A DNA stretch of 64,000 nucleotides. Source: Malacoraja senta (taxonomy: Eukaryota). How positions within the stretch are numbered: position 1 is the stretch's first letter; the number at the start of each line of letters is the position of its first letter. This document shows, one piece after another, positions 1-12,303 of the stretch. A model generated the notes under the pieces. That model was not told the origin of the DNA, made no database searches, and saw nothing but the letters and a program-made list of their open reading frames with translations. The position numbers were made by a program, and so were the translations under genes. The stretch lies in the NCBI GenBank assembly GCA_038087875.1, contig CM076001.1, positions 684,001 to 748,000 on the forward strand. The letters run 5' to 3'.

Positions 1-32
1 AAAATGTAGTTTAAAAATGCAAAAGTGTTTCT

Positions 33-386
33 TGGTTTGAGAATGCAAATGTTGCCTTGCCTAATTGAAAATATGGTGTGAGAATGCAAAAGTTGCCTTG
101 CCTAATTGAAAAGTTGGTTTGAGAATGTTAAAGTTGCCTTGCCTAATTGAAAAGTTGGTTTGAGAATGCTAAAGTTGCCTTGCCTAATTGAAAAAGTTGG
201 TTTGAGAATGCTAAAGTTGCCTTGCCTAATTGAAAGGTTGGTTTGAGAATGCTAAAGTTGCCTTGCCTAATTGAAAAGTTGGTTTGAGAATGCTAAAGTT
301 GCCTTGCCTAATTGAAAAGTTGATTTGATAATGCCTTGCCCAATTGAAAAGTTAGTTTGAGAATGCCTTGCCTAATTGAAAAGTTG
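33..386 (+). repeat. ~40-bp tandem minisatellite (unit GGTTTGAGAATGCTAAAGTTGCCTTGCCTAATTGAAAAGTT)
   Basis: About 9 head-to-tail copies read directly; the same unit recurs at 5730-6110. Confidence 0.95.
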
Positions 387-1056
387 GGGAAGCTGGCTAG
401 GAATATAGGGGAAGCTGGCCAGGAATATAAAGAAGGACAGTAAAAGCTTCTTTAGATATGTTAAGGGAAAAAGAGTAGCAAAGTCAAATGTGGTCCCTTG
501 AAGGCAGACACAGGTGAAATTATTATGGGCAACAAGGAAATGGCAGAAGAGTTGAATAGGTACTTCGGATCCGTCTTCACAGATGTACTGCAGGACAGAG
601 GATCTAAGGGGGTAGAGGAACTGAAATAAAATTTTCATTAGGCGAGAAATAGTATTGGGTAGGCTAATGGGACTGAAGGATGATAAATCCCCTGGGCCTG
701 ATGGTCTGCATCCCAGGGTCCTCAGGGACTTGGCTCTAGAAATAGTGGACACATTGGTGATCATTTTCCAATGCACAATAGATTCAGGATCAGTTCCTGT
801 GGATTGGAGGATGGCTAATGTTATCCCACTTTTCAAGAAAGGAGCGAGAGAGAAAACGGGGAATTACAGACCAGTTAGCCTGACTTCGGTGGTGGGGAAG
901 ATGCTGGAGTCAATTATTAAAGAGGTAATAATGGGGCATTTGGATAGCAGTAAAAGGATTAGTCCAAGTCAACAAGGATTTATGAAAGGGAAATCATGCT
1001 TGACTAATCTTCTGGAATTTTTTGAGCATGTGACAAGTAAAATGGATGAAGGGGTG
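387..1056 (+). mobile_element. CR1 LINE ORF2 fragment (pre-RT/RT N-terminus), cut by assembly gap
   Basis: Translation KSPGPDGLHPRVL...NYRPVSLTSVVGK...QQGFMKGKSCLTNLLEFFE is typical CR1 ORF2. Confidence 0.93.
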
Positions 1057-1256
1057 NNNNNNNNNNNNNNNNNNNNNNNNNNNNNNNNNNNNNNNNNNNN
1101 NNNNNNNNNNNNNNNNNNNNNNNNNNNNNNNNNNNNNNNNNNNNNNNNNNNNNNNNNNNNNNNNNNNNNNNNNNNNNNNNNNNNNNNNNNNNNNNNNNNN
1201 NNNNNNNNNNNNNNNNNNNNNNNNNNNNNNNNNNNNNNNNNNNNNNNNNNNNNNNN
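1057..1256. other. Assembly gap (200 N)
   Basis: Run of n. Confidence 1.
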
Positions 1257-2262
1257 AACCCAAAAAAAACAAAACAATCCTTTGCAGTGCCTTTTTCACT
1301 TCAACCCAAAATCCCCCCCAAACAACCCTTTGCAGTGCATTTTTACTTCAACCCCCAAAACCCCCAAACAACCCTTTGCAGTGCATTTTTACTTCAACCC
1401 CCCCCCCCAAAAAAAACCCATTTGGAGTGCATTTTTATTTCAACCCAAATCACCCCCATACAACCATTTGCAGTGCATTTTTACTTCAACCCAAACAACC
1501 ATTTGCAGTGCATTTTTACTTCAATCCAAACAACCATTTTACTTCAACGCAAAAAAAAACCAAACACCCATTTGCAGTGCATTTTTACTTCAACCCAAAA
1601 CCCCCCAAACAACCATTTGCAGTGCATTTTTTACTTCGACTCCAAAACCCGCCAAACAACCATTTACAGTGCATTTTTACTTCAACCCAAAATAAAACCC
1701 AAACAACCATTTGCAGTGCATTTTTATTTCAACCCAAAACCCCCCAAACAACCATTTGCAGTGCATTTTTACTTCAACCCAAACACCCCCCAAACAACCA
1801 TTTGCAGTGCATTTTTACTTCAACCCAAACACCCCCAAACAATCATTTGCAGTGCATTTTTACTTCAACACAAACACTCCTCAAACAACCATTTGTAGTG
1901 CATTTTTACTTCAACCCAAACAACCATTTGCAGTGTATTTTACTTCAAACCCAACCCCCCCCCCAAACACCATTTGCAGTGCATTTTTACTTCAAACCCC
2001 AAAAAACCCAAACAACCATTTGCAGTGCATTTTTACTTCAACCCAACCCCCCCCCAAACAACTATTTGCAGTGCATTTTACTTCAACCCAAACAACCATT
2101 AGCAGTGCATTTTTACTTCAACCCAAACAACCATTATCAGTGCATTTTTACTTCAACCCAAACAACCATTAGCAGTGCATTTTTACTTCAACCCAAACAA
2201 CCATTAGCAGTGCATTTTTACTTCAACCCAAACAACCATTAGCAGTGCATTTTTACTTCAAC
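1257..2262 (+). repeat. Minisatellite, core CAAACAACCATTTGCAGTGCATTTTTACTTCAACC with variable C/A spacer
   Basis: More than 20 tandem copies; explains the spurious repetitive ORFs at 1046-2242. Confidence 0.95.
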
Positions 2263-2631
2263 CATATTTTCATTTTCAAACTACATTAAGGGCACTCACA
2301 GTTGAGTAGACATGTGTTCAGTGTTATTCGGAGCTCAGAGAGACGTGAACCTCTTGCTTCCTCCACTTGCAGAGACTGAATGAGGCACACCACTTCCTGG
2401 TTTAATGTCCCTCCCCTCCCTCCAGCAGGGGCAGCAGAGAGAATGGCAATGTTTTAAAAAACATTAATATCTCTCTGATTTTTCATCCATGGGAAAAATT
2501 CTCTGGTCCCGAAAGACGGAGGGGGGCTCTGAGCGAGGTGGACAAAAATGATGGCAGTAGGTGGTGGTATTCTCTTGGAAATCGCAGTACAGCGAGCCAA
2601 AAGCGGTCAAGATCAGACTTTTAGTAATATA
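1257..2631 (-). mobile_element. Non-autonomous Helitron A (5' part; 3' end lost in gap) with internal minisatellite
   Basis: Minus strand begins TATATTACTAAAAGTCTGATCTTGACC at 2631, homologous over ~350 nt to the 5' part of Helitron C (6115-6420). Confidence 0.7.
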
Positions 2632-3883
2632 CTAGACCAAGTGCAGACCCGTTGGGTCTGGACACCGAACGTGTGTTTGGGGGGGAGAGGCTGTGGCGTC
2701 ACACTAACCATCCCTTTCCTCCAAAGCACAGAATCCGGCACCCACAAACACACACACTCATCACACCCCTTGATATTATTTTAATCTTTTAATTTGCTTC
2801 TTTTATCCCATCTCCACCATATCCACTGACAGATAGCCCTCACCTCTCAGATGCGTCTAGAGGGGTTGGGGCAGAGGGAAAATTTAATGTTAGAAAGAAA
2901 AAAATTGAGGAGGAGGGTGGAGAGGAAGGGGGAGAGAGGAGAGGGGTAGAGAGAGGAAGGAGAGGATGGTGGAGAGAGGTGAAGGGGGGGTTGGAGCGGG
3001 CGTGCATGAGTCGAGCCACGGGCTGTGAAGAGAGAAGGGCAGAGAGAGAGAGAGAGAGAGAGAGGGGAGAGGCAGAGAGACTGGTACACAAAAAAAAGCT
3101 GGAGAAACACAGCGGGTGCAGCAGCATCTATGGAGAGAAGGAAACAGGCAACGCTTTGGGCCAAAGACCATCCTCAGACGGTTTTCTACCGAAACGTTGC
3201 CTATTTCCTTCGATCCATAGATGTTGCTGCACACGCTGAGGATAAACAGTTTTTTTTTGTGTACCTTCGATCTTCCAGCATCTGCAGTTCCGTCTTAAAG
3301 ACAGAGAGACTGTTTGAGGGCTGTTTTCCCAACGCGCGTTTGCGGGGGGGGGGGGGGGGCTGCGGCATCACACTCTCACTAACCACCCCCCAAACACACT
3401 CGGGGGGAGGGGGGGAGAGGAAGACGGGTGGCGAGAGAAGAGGGGAGAGGGAGACGGGGTGGGGAGAGAAGAGGAGAGGGGGAGGGAGGGGAAAGGGGGA
3501 GGAGGAAAGGGGAGAGATTGGTGAGGGAGAAGAGAGCAGGGTGGGGCGAGGGAGGGGGAGGAGAGTGGGGAGTGGGAGGAGAGCGGGGAGGGCAGGAAGG
3601 GTGGAGAGGGGATGTTAGAGGTGGAGAGAGGGGATGAGGGGAAGGGGAGAGGAGTAGAGGGAAGAGAGGGAGAGAGGGAGGGGGGGAGGGAGAGAGGTGG
3701 GGGAGGGAGAGGGAAGAGTGGGAAGTGAGGGGCAGAGGGGTAGCGGGGAGTGGTGCAAGAGAGAGGGGAAGGGGGTGGGGAGAGGAGAGGGGTGGAGAGA
3801 GGAAGGAGATGATGGGGAGAGAGGTGAAGGGGGGGTTTGGCGCGGGCCTGCATGAGTCGAGCCGCGGGCTGTGAAGAGAGAAG

Positions 3884-3925
<42 letters not shown>

Positions 3926-5256
3926 AGAGACAGAGAGACCGGTACACAAAAAAAAGCTGGAGAAACACAGCGGGTGCAGTAGCATCTATGGAGCGGAGGA
4001 AATAGGCAACGCTTTGGACCGAAGCCCATCCTCAGACGGGTTTTCTACCGAAACGTTGCCTATTTCCTTCGATCCATAGATGCAGCTACACCCGCTGAGG
4101 ATATACAGTTTTTTTTTGTTTACCTTCGATTTTTCAGCATCTGCAGTTCCGTCTTAAAGACAGAGAGACTGTTGGCGGGCTGTTTTCCCAACGTGCGTTT
4201 GCGGGAGGGGGGGGGGGGCTGCGGCATCACACTCACACTAGCCACCCCCCAAACTCACACTAACCACCCCCCAAACACACTCGGGGGGGAGGGGGGGAGA
4301 GGAAGACGGGGTGGGGAGAGAAGAGGGGAGAGGGAGACGGGGTGGGGAGAGAAGAGGACAGGGGGAGGAGGAAAGGGGAGAGATTGGTGAGGGAGAAGAG
4401 AGAAGGGTGGGGGAGAGGGAGGGGGAGGAGAGTAGGAGGGGGAGGAGAGTGGGGAGGGGGAGGAGAGTGGGAAGGGCAGGAAGGGGGGGAGAGGGGGGAG
4501 AGGGGGGAGGGGATGTTAGAGGTGGAGAGAGGGGATGAGGGGAAGGGTAGAGGAGTAGGGGGAAGAGAGGGAGAGAGGGAGAGGGGAGGGAGAGGGGAAG
4601 AGTAGGGAGTGAGGGGCAGAGGGGTAGCGGGAAGTGGTGCAAGAGAGAGGGGAAGGGGGTGGGGGTAGATGGGGGTGAAGAGGGGTGTTGGAGGGGGAAG
4701 AGAGGGTGTGGGAGGGAAGGGAGAGGAGAGAGGGGGAAGAGTGGGGAGGGAGAGTGGAAGTAGGAGGGGTAGGGACAGTCCATCTGTTCCCCATTCAATC
4801 CTCTTTCTCTATTCCCACACACGTGACGACGCCCTTCGACACAGGCTGCGGGGATGGGGGGGGGGGCTGGGGCTGGGGCTGCTGCCAAGGCATATGTAAA
4901 TGGATCCATTCCGATTGGACACCTGTGAGCATTGTGCATTGTGACATCACACAACGGAATCTTTACTAACATTCTATGGCTGAGCTATTTTTTTAAACAT
5001 TTTGAAATGTTTGGTTTGGGGGGGGGGAGAAGTATTTTATTTAAAAAAGTGTACATAAACACGACCAAATTTAATCAGGAGTGTCTATTCGTAAAGATAA
5101 ATGTAATCTGTTTAGAAATGGTAAAAAAATATCGGCGTTTTCGCATGCTGTGTGGGCCTAGGGCGATATCAAAGGGGATTTGGTGGCAGACGGAAGTCAG
5201 GCGGACACAAGTCAGGCAGCCACAAGTCAGGCAGCCACAGAGTTTTATATAATAGA
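2632..5256 (-). mobile_element. Non-autonomous Helitron B, both termini present, with internal duplications and GA-rich tracts
   Basis: 5' TCTATTATATAAAACTC at 5256. The 3' end has a 7-bp hairpin CAGACCC-(3 nt)-GGGTCTG (2644-2660), an 8-nt spacer and CTAG (2632-2635) followed by T. No TSD. Confidence 0.8.
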
Positions 5257-5276
5257 TAGATAGATAGATAGATAGA
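5253..5276 (+). repeat. (TAGA)6 microsatellite at the Helitron B 5' end
   Basis: Six TAGA units = (TCTA)6 on the minus strand. Confidence 0.95.
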
Positions 5277-5729
5277 TATATTGCATCTGCCACGCATCTG
5301 CCCACTCACTCAACCTGTCCTGGTCACCCTGCAATCTCCTAACATCCTCGTCACAGTTCACACTGCCACCCAGCTTTGTGTCATCCGCAAACTTGTGATT
5401 GTTGCTCCTAATTCCCTCTTCCAAATCATTAATATATATGGTAAACAGTTGCGGCCCCAACACCAAGCCTTGCAGCACTCAACTCGCCACTGCCTGCCAT
5501 TCTGAAAAGGACCCGTTCACTCCTACTCTTTGCTTCCTGTCTGCCAACCAATTTTCTCTCCATGTCAACACCCTACCCCCAATAGCATGTGCTCTAATTT
5601 TAGTCACCAGTCTCATGTGCGGGGCCTTATCAAAGGCTTTCTGAAAGTGTAGATACACTACATAAACTGGCACCCCTTCATCCATTTTAGTTGTCACATC
5701 CTCAAAAAATTCCAGATTAGTCAAGCATG
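5277..5729 (-). mobile_element. CR1 LINE RT-core fragment
   Basis: YLHFQKAFDKAPH...QGLVLGPQLFTIYINDL...KFADDTKLGG motifs. Confidence 0.93.
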
Positions 5730-6110
5730 AAAGTTGCTGTGCCTAATTGAAAAGTTGGTTTGAGAATGCAAAAGTTGCCATGCCTAATTGAGAAGTTGGT
5801 TTGAGAATGCCAAAGTTACCGTGCCTAATTGAAAATTCGGTTTGAGAATGCCAAAGTTGCCGTGTCTAATTGAAAAGTCGGTTTGAGAATGCCAAAGTTG
5901 GCGTGCCTAATTGAAAATTCGGTTTGAGAATGCCAAAGTTGCCGTGCCTAATTGAAAAGTCGGTTTGAGAATGCCAAAGTTGGCGTGCCTAATTGAAAAT
6001 TCAGTTTGAGAATGCCAAAGTTGCCGTGCCTAATTGAAAAGTTGGTTTGAGAATGCCAAAGTTGCGTGCCTAATTGAAAAGTTGGTTTGAGATTGCCAAA
6101 GTTGCCTAGC
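5730..6110 (+). repeat. ~40-bp tandem minisatellite, same family as 33-386
   Basis: About 9 copies of AAAGTTGCCGTGCCTAATTGAAAAGTCGGTTTGAGAATGCC. Confidence 0.95.
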
Positions 6111-6114
6111 CTGC

Positions 6115-6874
6115 TCTATAATTAAAAGTCTAATCTTGACCACTTCCTGTTTGCGCTGTATATTGATTTTAGGAAAAATGCTACCATGTATGGCTGTGAT
6201 TTTTGGCCATCTTACTCAGTTCCCCTCCACTCGTCAGGTGCCGAGGATTTTCCCCATCAATGTAAAGTATAAGAGTTATTAGTGTTTAAAAAATGTTGAG
6301 ATTCTCTCTCTTGTCAATCACGCCATGAAGGTCACGCCCCTTCTGGTGGGAGGGACTATAAAACTTGGAAGTGTGGGCATGGCTCAGTCTCTGCAAGAAG
6401 GGGGAGGAGAGGTTATGCACCCTGCTTGAAATGGTAGGAAACTGCACTCGAATTTGGTGGTCTTGCACCCTGCTTGAAGTGGTATGACACTGCACTCTAA
6501 TTTGGTGGCCTTGTACCCTGCTTGAAGTGGTATGACACTGCTCTCGAATTTGGTGGCCTTGCAGGCTGCTTGAAATGGTAGGAAACTGCACTCGAATTTG
6601 GTGGCCTTGCACCCTGCTTGAAGTGGTATGAAACTGCACTTGAATTTGGTGGCCTTGCAGGCTGCTTGAAATGGTAGGAAACTGCACTCGAATTTAGTGG
6701 CCTTGCACCCTGCTTGAAGTGGTATGAAACTGCACTTGAATTTGGTGGCCTTACACCCGGCTTGAAGTGGCATTTCAATGAATAGCCGTGAGTCAACTGC
6801 CAGCCCACCAGCCTTGAGTGAGTGAGCTGCCAGCACACCAGGTTTGAGTGACCAATGGGTCCCACTTAGTCTAG
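6115..6874 (+). mobile_element. Non-autonomous Helitron C with ~59-bp internal tandem repeat (6415-6770)
   Basis: 5' TCTATAATTAAAAGTC; 3' hairpin GACC-AATG-GGTC (6850-6861), then CTAG (6871-6874) followed by T. The base before TC is C rather than the usual A. Confidence 0.75.
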
Positions 6875-6994
6875 TAAATTGATAAAATTCACTTGCTAAC
6901 TAAGCTGATAATAGATACTAAATAAAGTTTGATTAGCTAACTGGAGACTGATTTGCACGTGACAAGAACAGGGTGGATTGTCTGACAGACAATG

Positions 6995-7215
6995 GACAAG
7001 AGACAATAGATGCAGGAGTAGGCCATTCAGCCCTTTGAGCCAGCATTGCCATTCAATGTGATCATGGCTGATCATTCATAATCAGTACCCCGTTCCTGCC
7101 TTCTCCCCATATCCCCTGACTCCGCTATCTTTAAGAGCCCGATCAAGCTCTCTCTTGAAAGTATCCAGAGAATCGGCCTCCACCACCCTCTGAGGCATAG
7201 AATTCCATAGACTTG
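6995..7215 (-). mobile_element. CR1 3' fragment
   Basis: LWNSMPQRVVEADSLDTFKRELD...GYGEKAGTGY* plus CR1-type 3' UTR. Confidence 0.9.
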
Positions 7216-8439
7216 TGATCACAATCAGGATGGCTTGTCTGACTTGCAAGAAAGCAATAAAACAACATGTATTTACAAGTCCAGACTGAGGAAGAATGGT
7301 CTCTAAAATTTGCTGAAGCACATACTGATGAAACTTGAAAGCATGGAAGATCTTGCCATAAATAATGCAATTAAGACATTTGTTTCTAGCCCATGCGTTT
7401 TAAGTGTATTTATATCTCTTTCTGGCTGATGTGCACACAAGGCCATTGTCAATGTTGCCCGCAGAACATGATTTGCAGATGGCTTTTGATGTGGTTGTTC
7501 AGCCTATTTTTTTTTTTTCAGTTCATCATTTCTGATCTTTGTTTGAGGTTTATTCTTGCTGAATCTTGCCAGCCAATTTTTTTTCTTTGGCATTACTTGA
7601 CTGTGTTGTCCCTAATTAATGGCTAATTTATAAGTCGTGCTTTAACATGTTATAATAGTTGATTGGTTCAGGTTCTCAATATGCATTTTTGTTTAATGAG
7701 CTTCAAAAAAATATAGTAAAGGAGTTTTTGCAAATTGTTTTGTGTGGGATGCATTTCAGAATTAGTTTGGGAAATAGTTTGATTTTTCTCTCAGCAATTC
7801 AGAAATGGGGCCCATTAATTATTGTAGAGGTGATTTCTTTGCTGAAGTTCAACCATTTATGTAAAACCCAGTGGATTATTTGTTGTAAATTATTTTTTAT
7901 CTTCCTTGGTTGGATCAAACTTGCAACATTGCCAAACATCAGCAATACATTTCAAATGGATTCTCACCAACGACTTTAATTTCACTGAAAATGAAGGCTA
8001 ACAATTTATATTGCCTGCAGGAACTGAAGGAAATGTCATTATTGTGTGGCTGAGTGTTTTACAGGAAGAAATCAAGGATAAGACACAAAATGATGGAGTA
8101 ACTCAGCGTCAATATGTTTAAGATGGCATCTCTGGATAAAAGGAAAGGGTGACGTATCGGGTCAAGACCCTTGTTCAAAACGTCGTTGAGTGAAGGGCTT
8201 CCAGACATTAGGGGGCAGACAGCTGCAGGCATGACAGGCAGTGGTGCAACAAAGGAAGAGAAGAGTACAGCGGATGTGCTGATCTCAGATGGTCAGGGAT
8301 GGATTCAAGACGGTGCCTAGAGGTGTCACCCCTCTCCAGCCCCCATCCACTCCCCACTCCCCAAAAGGCACAGAAGATAAGTCGAAAACATTTATACACA
8401 TGTCCATCCTTTCATAGACCTGCATGTTTAACCTTCCAA

Positions 8440-9025
8440 ACAATAAACAATAGGTGCAGGAGTAGGCCATTCGGCCCTCTGAGCCAGCATCATTCACTGT
8501 GATCATGGCTGATCATCTACAATCAGTATCCCGTGCCTGCCTTCTCACCAAATCCCCTGACTCTGTTATCTTTAAGATCTCTATCTAACTCTCTCTTGAA
8601 AGCATCCAGAGAATTGGCCTCCACTGCCTTCTGAGGCAGAGAATTCCACAGATTCACAACTCTCTGGGTGAAAAGGTTTTTCCTCATCTCCGTTCTAAAT
8701 GGCCTACCCCTTATTCTTAAACTGTTGCCCCTGGTTCTGGGCTCCCCCAACATTGGGAACATGTTTCCTGCCTCTAGCGTGTCCAATCCCTTAATAATCT
8801 TATATGTTTCAATAAGATCCCCTCTCATCCTTCTAAATTCCAAACTATACAAGCCCAGCTATCAACAAGTCCATTCTATCAACATATGACAGTTCCGCCA
8901 TCCTGAGAATTAACGTTGTGAACCTATGCTGCACTCTCTCAATAGCAAGAATGTCCTTCCTCAAATATGGAGACCAAAACTGCACACAATACTCCAGGTG
9001 TGTTCTCACTAGGGCCCTGTACAAC
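8440..9025 (-). mobile_element. CR1 3' fragment
   Basis: LYRALVRTHLEYCVQFWSP...YSLEFRRMRGDLIETYKI...RTRG... Confidence 0.92.
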
Positions 9026-12000
9026 AAATGTTCAGTCCTATGCACACCCTTTGATAAACAATGAGAATTTTTAAATTCGGGTCTTTTTGGACTGAGAGTC
9101 AGTCAGTAGCGAAATGGATGCTTTTCCACAGAGAAGCTACCTCTGGCGGATGGGAAAACTATTCTGTCAAAATGTGAAAAAGGCAAATTATGTTTTAAGA
9201 ATCTTTAAGGCTACCTGATAAATGCATCTACATTGTGCGTACCAGAACTGATGTTGGATGGTGTGCATTGTTTTGTAGTAAAGCAGTTTTATTTCCTCCA
9301 CCGTTTCCATCGTAACTTCTTCCAAAACCCAAAAGACAGTAACTCAAAGCAGCACTTCCAAAATACCTTCAGGTGAATGGAGGGTAGTGAAGAACAGAAC
9401 TGCGTGGTTCTAATGAACTGTCCTCTGCTGTTGAATTTATTTTTACATTCTCCCTTGTAAATGTGTTACATCTTGCCTGAGCTTTTAAGTTTCTTATCTG
9501 ATCTTTGAATGAAATGGACAACACATGGTTTAGATGAATATTTCATTTCTAATTGTTTCAAGCATGTAGAAAATGCCACAGACAGCTTAGTAGGTATTTT
9601 TTCATATCATGTCTCATGGGTTCAGAGCATTTTTTTCCCTCTTCCTCTTTTGAATAACTGCGTTTCTGATCTTTGGGCTTTTATCCATTCTTCATGTAAA
9701 TCCAAGAGGCTGCGTTGTCATTGAAGCATCAGTTAGAAAGCTGTTTATGTCCTCATCCTGATATCTCCATGGAATTATTTTCTAGGGTAGGAGCCAGGAG
9801 TGAAGATTATGAAGGATGTTTCCCTCTCTAAAGACCACAAGATGTCAGCAAGAAACAACACCTTCTTGCCATTACTCCCTCACATGGGCGAGACCAGGCT
9901 TTGAACCTGGAAGACCTTCATTCTTTGTCGAGTTCAGTGAGACGATCATCAGATATGTTTACCAATGACTTATTAGTGGTAATGATAGACAAGCTCTCTT
10001 GTGAAGGCTATTGACCATTGGGAGCGATTGATGTAAAAACCGGAGAGCTGCTGAGAGGCTCAGGTCCTGGTGCAGGGTCTCGACCTGAAATGTCGACTGT
10101 CCATTTCCCCCGCCAGTATTTTGTGTCTATCTTCAGTGTATTCAGCATCTGCAGTTCCTTCCTACACATTTTGACTGCTAAGGTGTTTGCTTGGTGATGT
10201 GGGTACAGATTGGTGCATAATCATGCAAATTTGCCTCACCTCAGCAAGTCAAGGGAATGCATCACCAAATCAACAGTATTTTGAAATTTACCACTTAACT
10301 TTATGGAATATCTCTGTGTAATGCAAAGCTGAAATTTCTGAAAAAAATTAAGGTCCCAATGATTTAATTGTGGCATTGTTATACAACGGCCCTTATTTGA
10401 TCCTTGAATCGTGTTGACATAGAGAAATACGATCTTTGCAAGGGAAGAGTAGCAATTATTGAGTCATAGAGTGTGAATGTGTGGAAACATGCCCTTCGAC
10501 CCAACTTGCCCACACCGGCCAACATGTCCCAGCTACACTAGTCCTACCCACCCTCGTTTGGCCCATATCACTCTAAACGTGTACTATCCATTTACCTGTC
10601 TAACTGTTTCTTAAACATTGGGATAGTGCTTTACAATTATATAGTGTGGAAAATACAGCAATCGGTTTGTGCATTGCAAACTCCCACAGTATTATAATAT
10701 TAATGATAATCTCACTCATTTAGATGAATAGTTGTGAAGAAAGTAGTGATAATTATCCTCAGTAGTTGTGTGAGATTGTATGCATCAATCTGAGATGGCA
10801 TACATCATTGGCTTTGAATCAAAAAGAAAGATAACAATTGGGCTGCAAGATAAAGACAGGAGGGTATGGAATGGTGGTGTAACTGGGGTGTAACTGGGGT
10901 GCCAGGTATCACCATTGAGCCCTCTGGAGACGTTGTGGGCTCATCAATGAAATGTCAAGTAAGGAGGGTGCCCACCTAATGACCCCGATGACATACCTAC
11001 CCTACCTTTCACCACTCCCACTGCAAATATCAACTTGCTACAGGGATTGAAACATCGTCATATTAGCTCTACTACCAATGCTTTGTGCACAGCACCTCTT
11101 CCAATCATGGAAGTGTTACTTAATAATGGAGTTTAGGGATAGTGGAAGACTATTTCAAAGAGCCATCCAATTGATCCCAGCACCCAGCTCTTTCTCCTAA
11201 AATGTCTGTTTCTTTCCTAGTCTCAGGCTGTGGGATGTTATAATGAAGTGTGCCGTAGAGCAGCTGTGAGCTGATTACTTCCTTCTTTGCCATTTACAGA
11301 GGATTGCGATGTGAAGCAGATCTCTCCCCCCTTTCCCAGCCCAATGGCTCCAACATCTAACTGTAACCTTCATGAATCATTGTCCTGAGATTAAGTCTGA
11401 ATAATTGATCGTTCCATTTCTTAGAGTGCTGGGTAATTTGTGTTGATGGTTCACTGTTAAGAGATCACAGCAATAGAGACATTGAGCCTGAGAATGTTTA
11501 AATGTTGATCTTGATTGTGTACTGTTCTGCATCATATCTGAATCACGGGTTATAAATGACAGAAATAAGGTTGTATTTTTGTCAGGTATTTGTAAACTAT
11601 GGATAAAAATAGAGATAGTATTGTTTACTTTTTATCATGACCTAAATACTAATATTTGAGAACAAGTAAAAATGCACTTTAATGCACACAGGGTATGTAC
11701 TTGTAGCCAAGAATATTCCGCTCTCTGGTAACCAATGAAGTTCACAGTGGAGTTGCTACCTATTGATTCATTAGGCCTGTAAGCATGCAGTTTTTCAATT
11801 CTTAACAGCACTGCCTGAAGGGATCAGATGTGGCGAACACACTGAATGAACAGAGCACCTGCACAGTGAGCTGAAGGTTGATAGATTGCAGCAAAACTTA
11901 GGAAAGCGTGCAGAGTTTGGCAGCTGTGGGGACAGAGGAACCTGCACCGATCACCACTCTTTTCTTGGTGGCCATTCCTAATGTGTGAGGTGCCGAATCA

Positions 12001-12084
12001 GCTTGCTGCAGCAAGTGAAAGTGTCAAATAGCAGAGCAGTTGTTAGACATTCAAGGCACGTGGGGCAACAGAGACGGAGCAAAG

Positions 12085-12180
12085 GTAGGGAAAAAAACTC
12101 GACAAAGAAGCAAGAAGCGAGGTTCGAGACATTAGGTGTAGCTGCAGGAAGAAACTAGCCACCTTTTTTTTATCCTGCAG
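12085..12180 (+). other. Candidate short intron in the 5' UTR of the myosin-rod gene
   Basis: Donor AAAG|GTAGGG at 12084/12085; acceptor with strong T-rich pyrimidine tract ending ATCCTGCAG at 12180. Confidence 0.4.
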
Positions 12181-12303
12181 GGCTTTTGAATCGGAGCTCG
12201 AGTCTCAGTAAAGCAATTTAAGCCTTGCCCTGCTGTTTCGATTCTCATCATCCAGACAGACAGGTGTGCACTTTGAAGTGGGAGGCACACGGCCAATTGA
12301 GAA

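Noticed and set aside
1046..2242. Long ORFs (398, 203 and 153 aa) with repeated His/Cys peptides
   Set aside because: They are translations of a minisatellite open in several frames, and some run through the N gap.
2840..4972. Pro/Ser/Leu-rich and Gly/Arg/Glu-rich ORFs
   Set aside because: They arise from low-complexity GA tracts inside Helitron B.
33..6770. Regular repeat arrays resembling CRISPR
   Set aside because: Units are head-to-tail without unique spacers, there are no cas genes, and the context is eukaryotic.
6286..6865. Repetitive minus-strand ORFs
   Set aside because: They come from the 59-bp tandem array in Helitron C.
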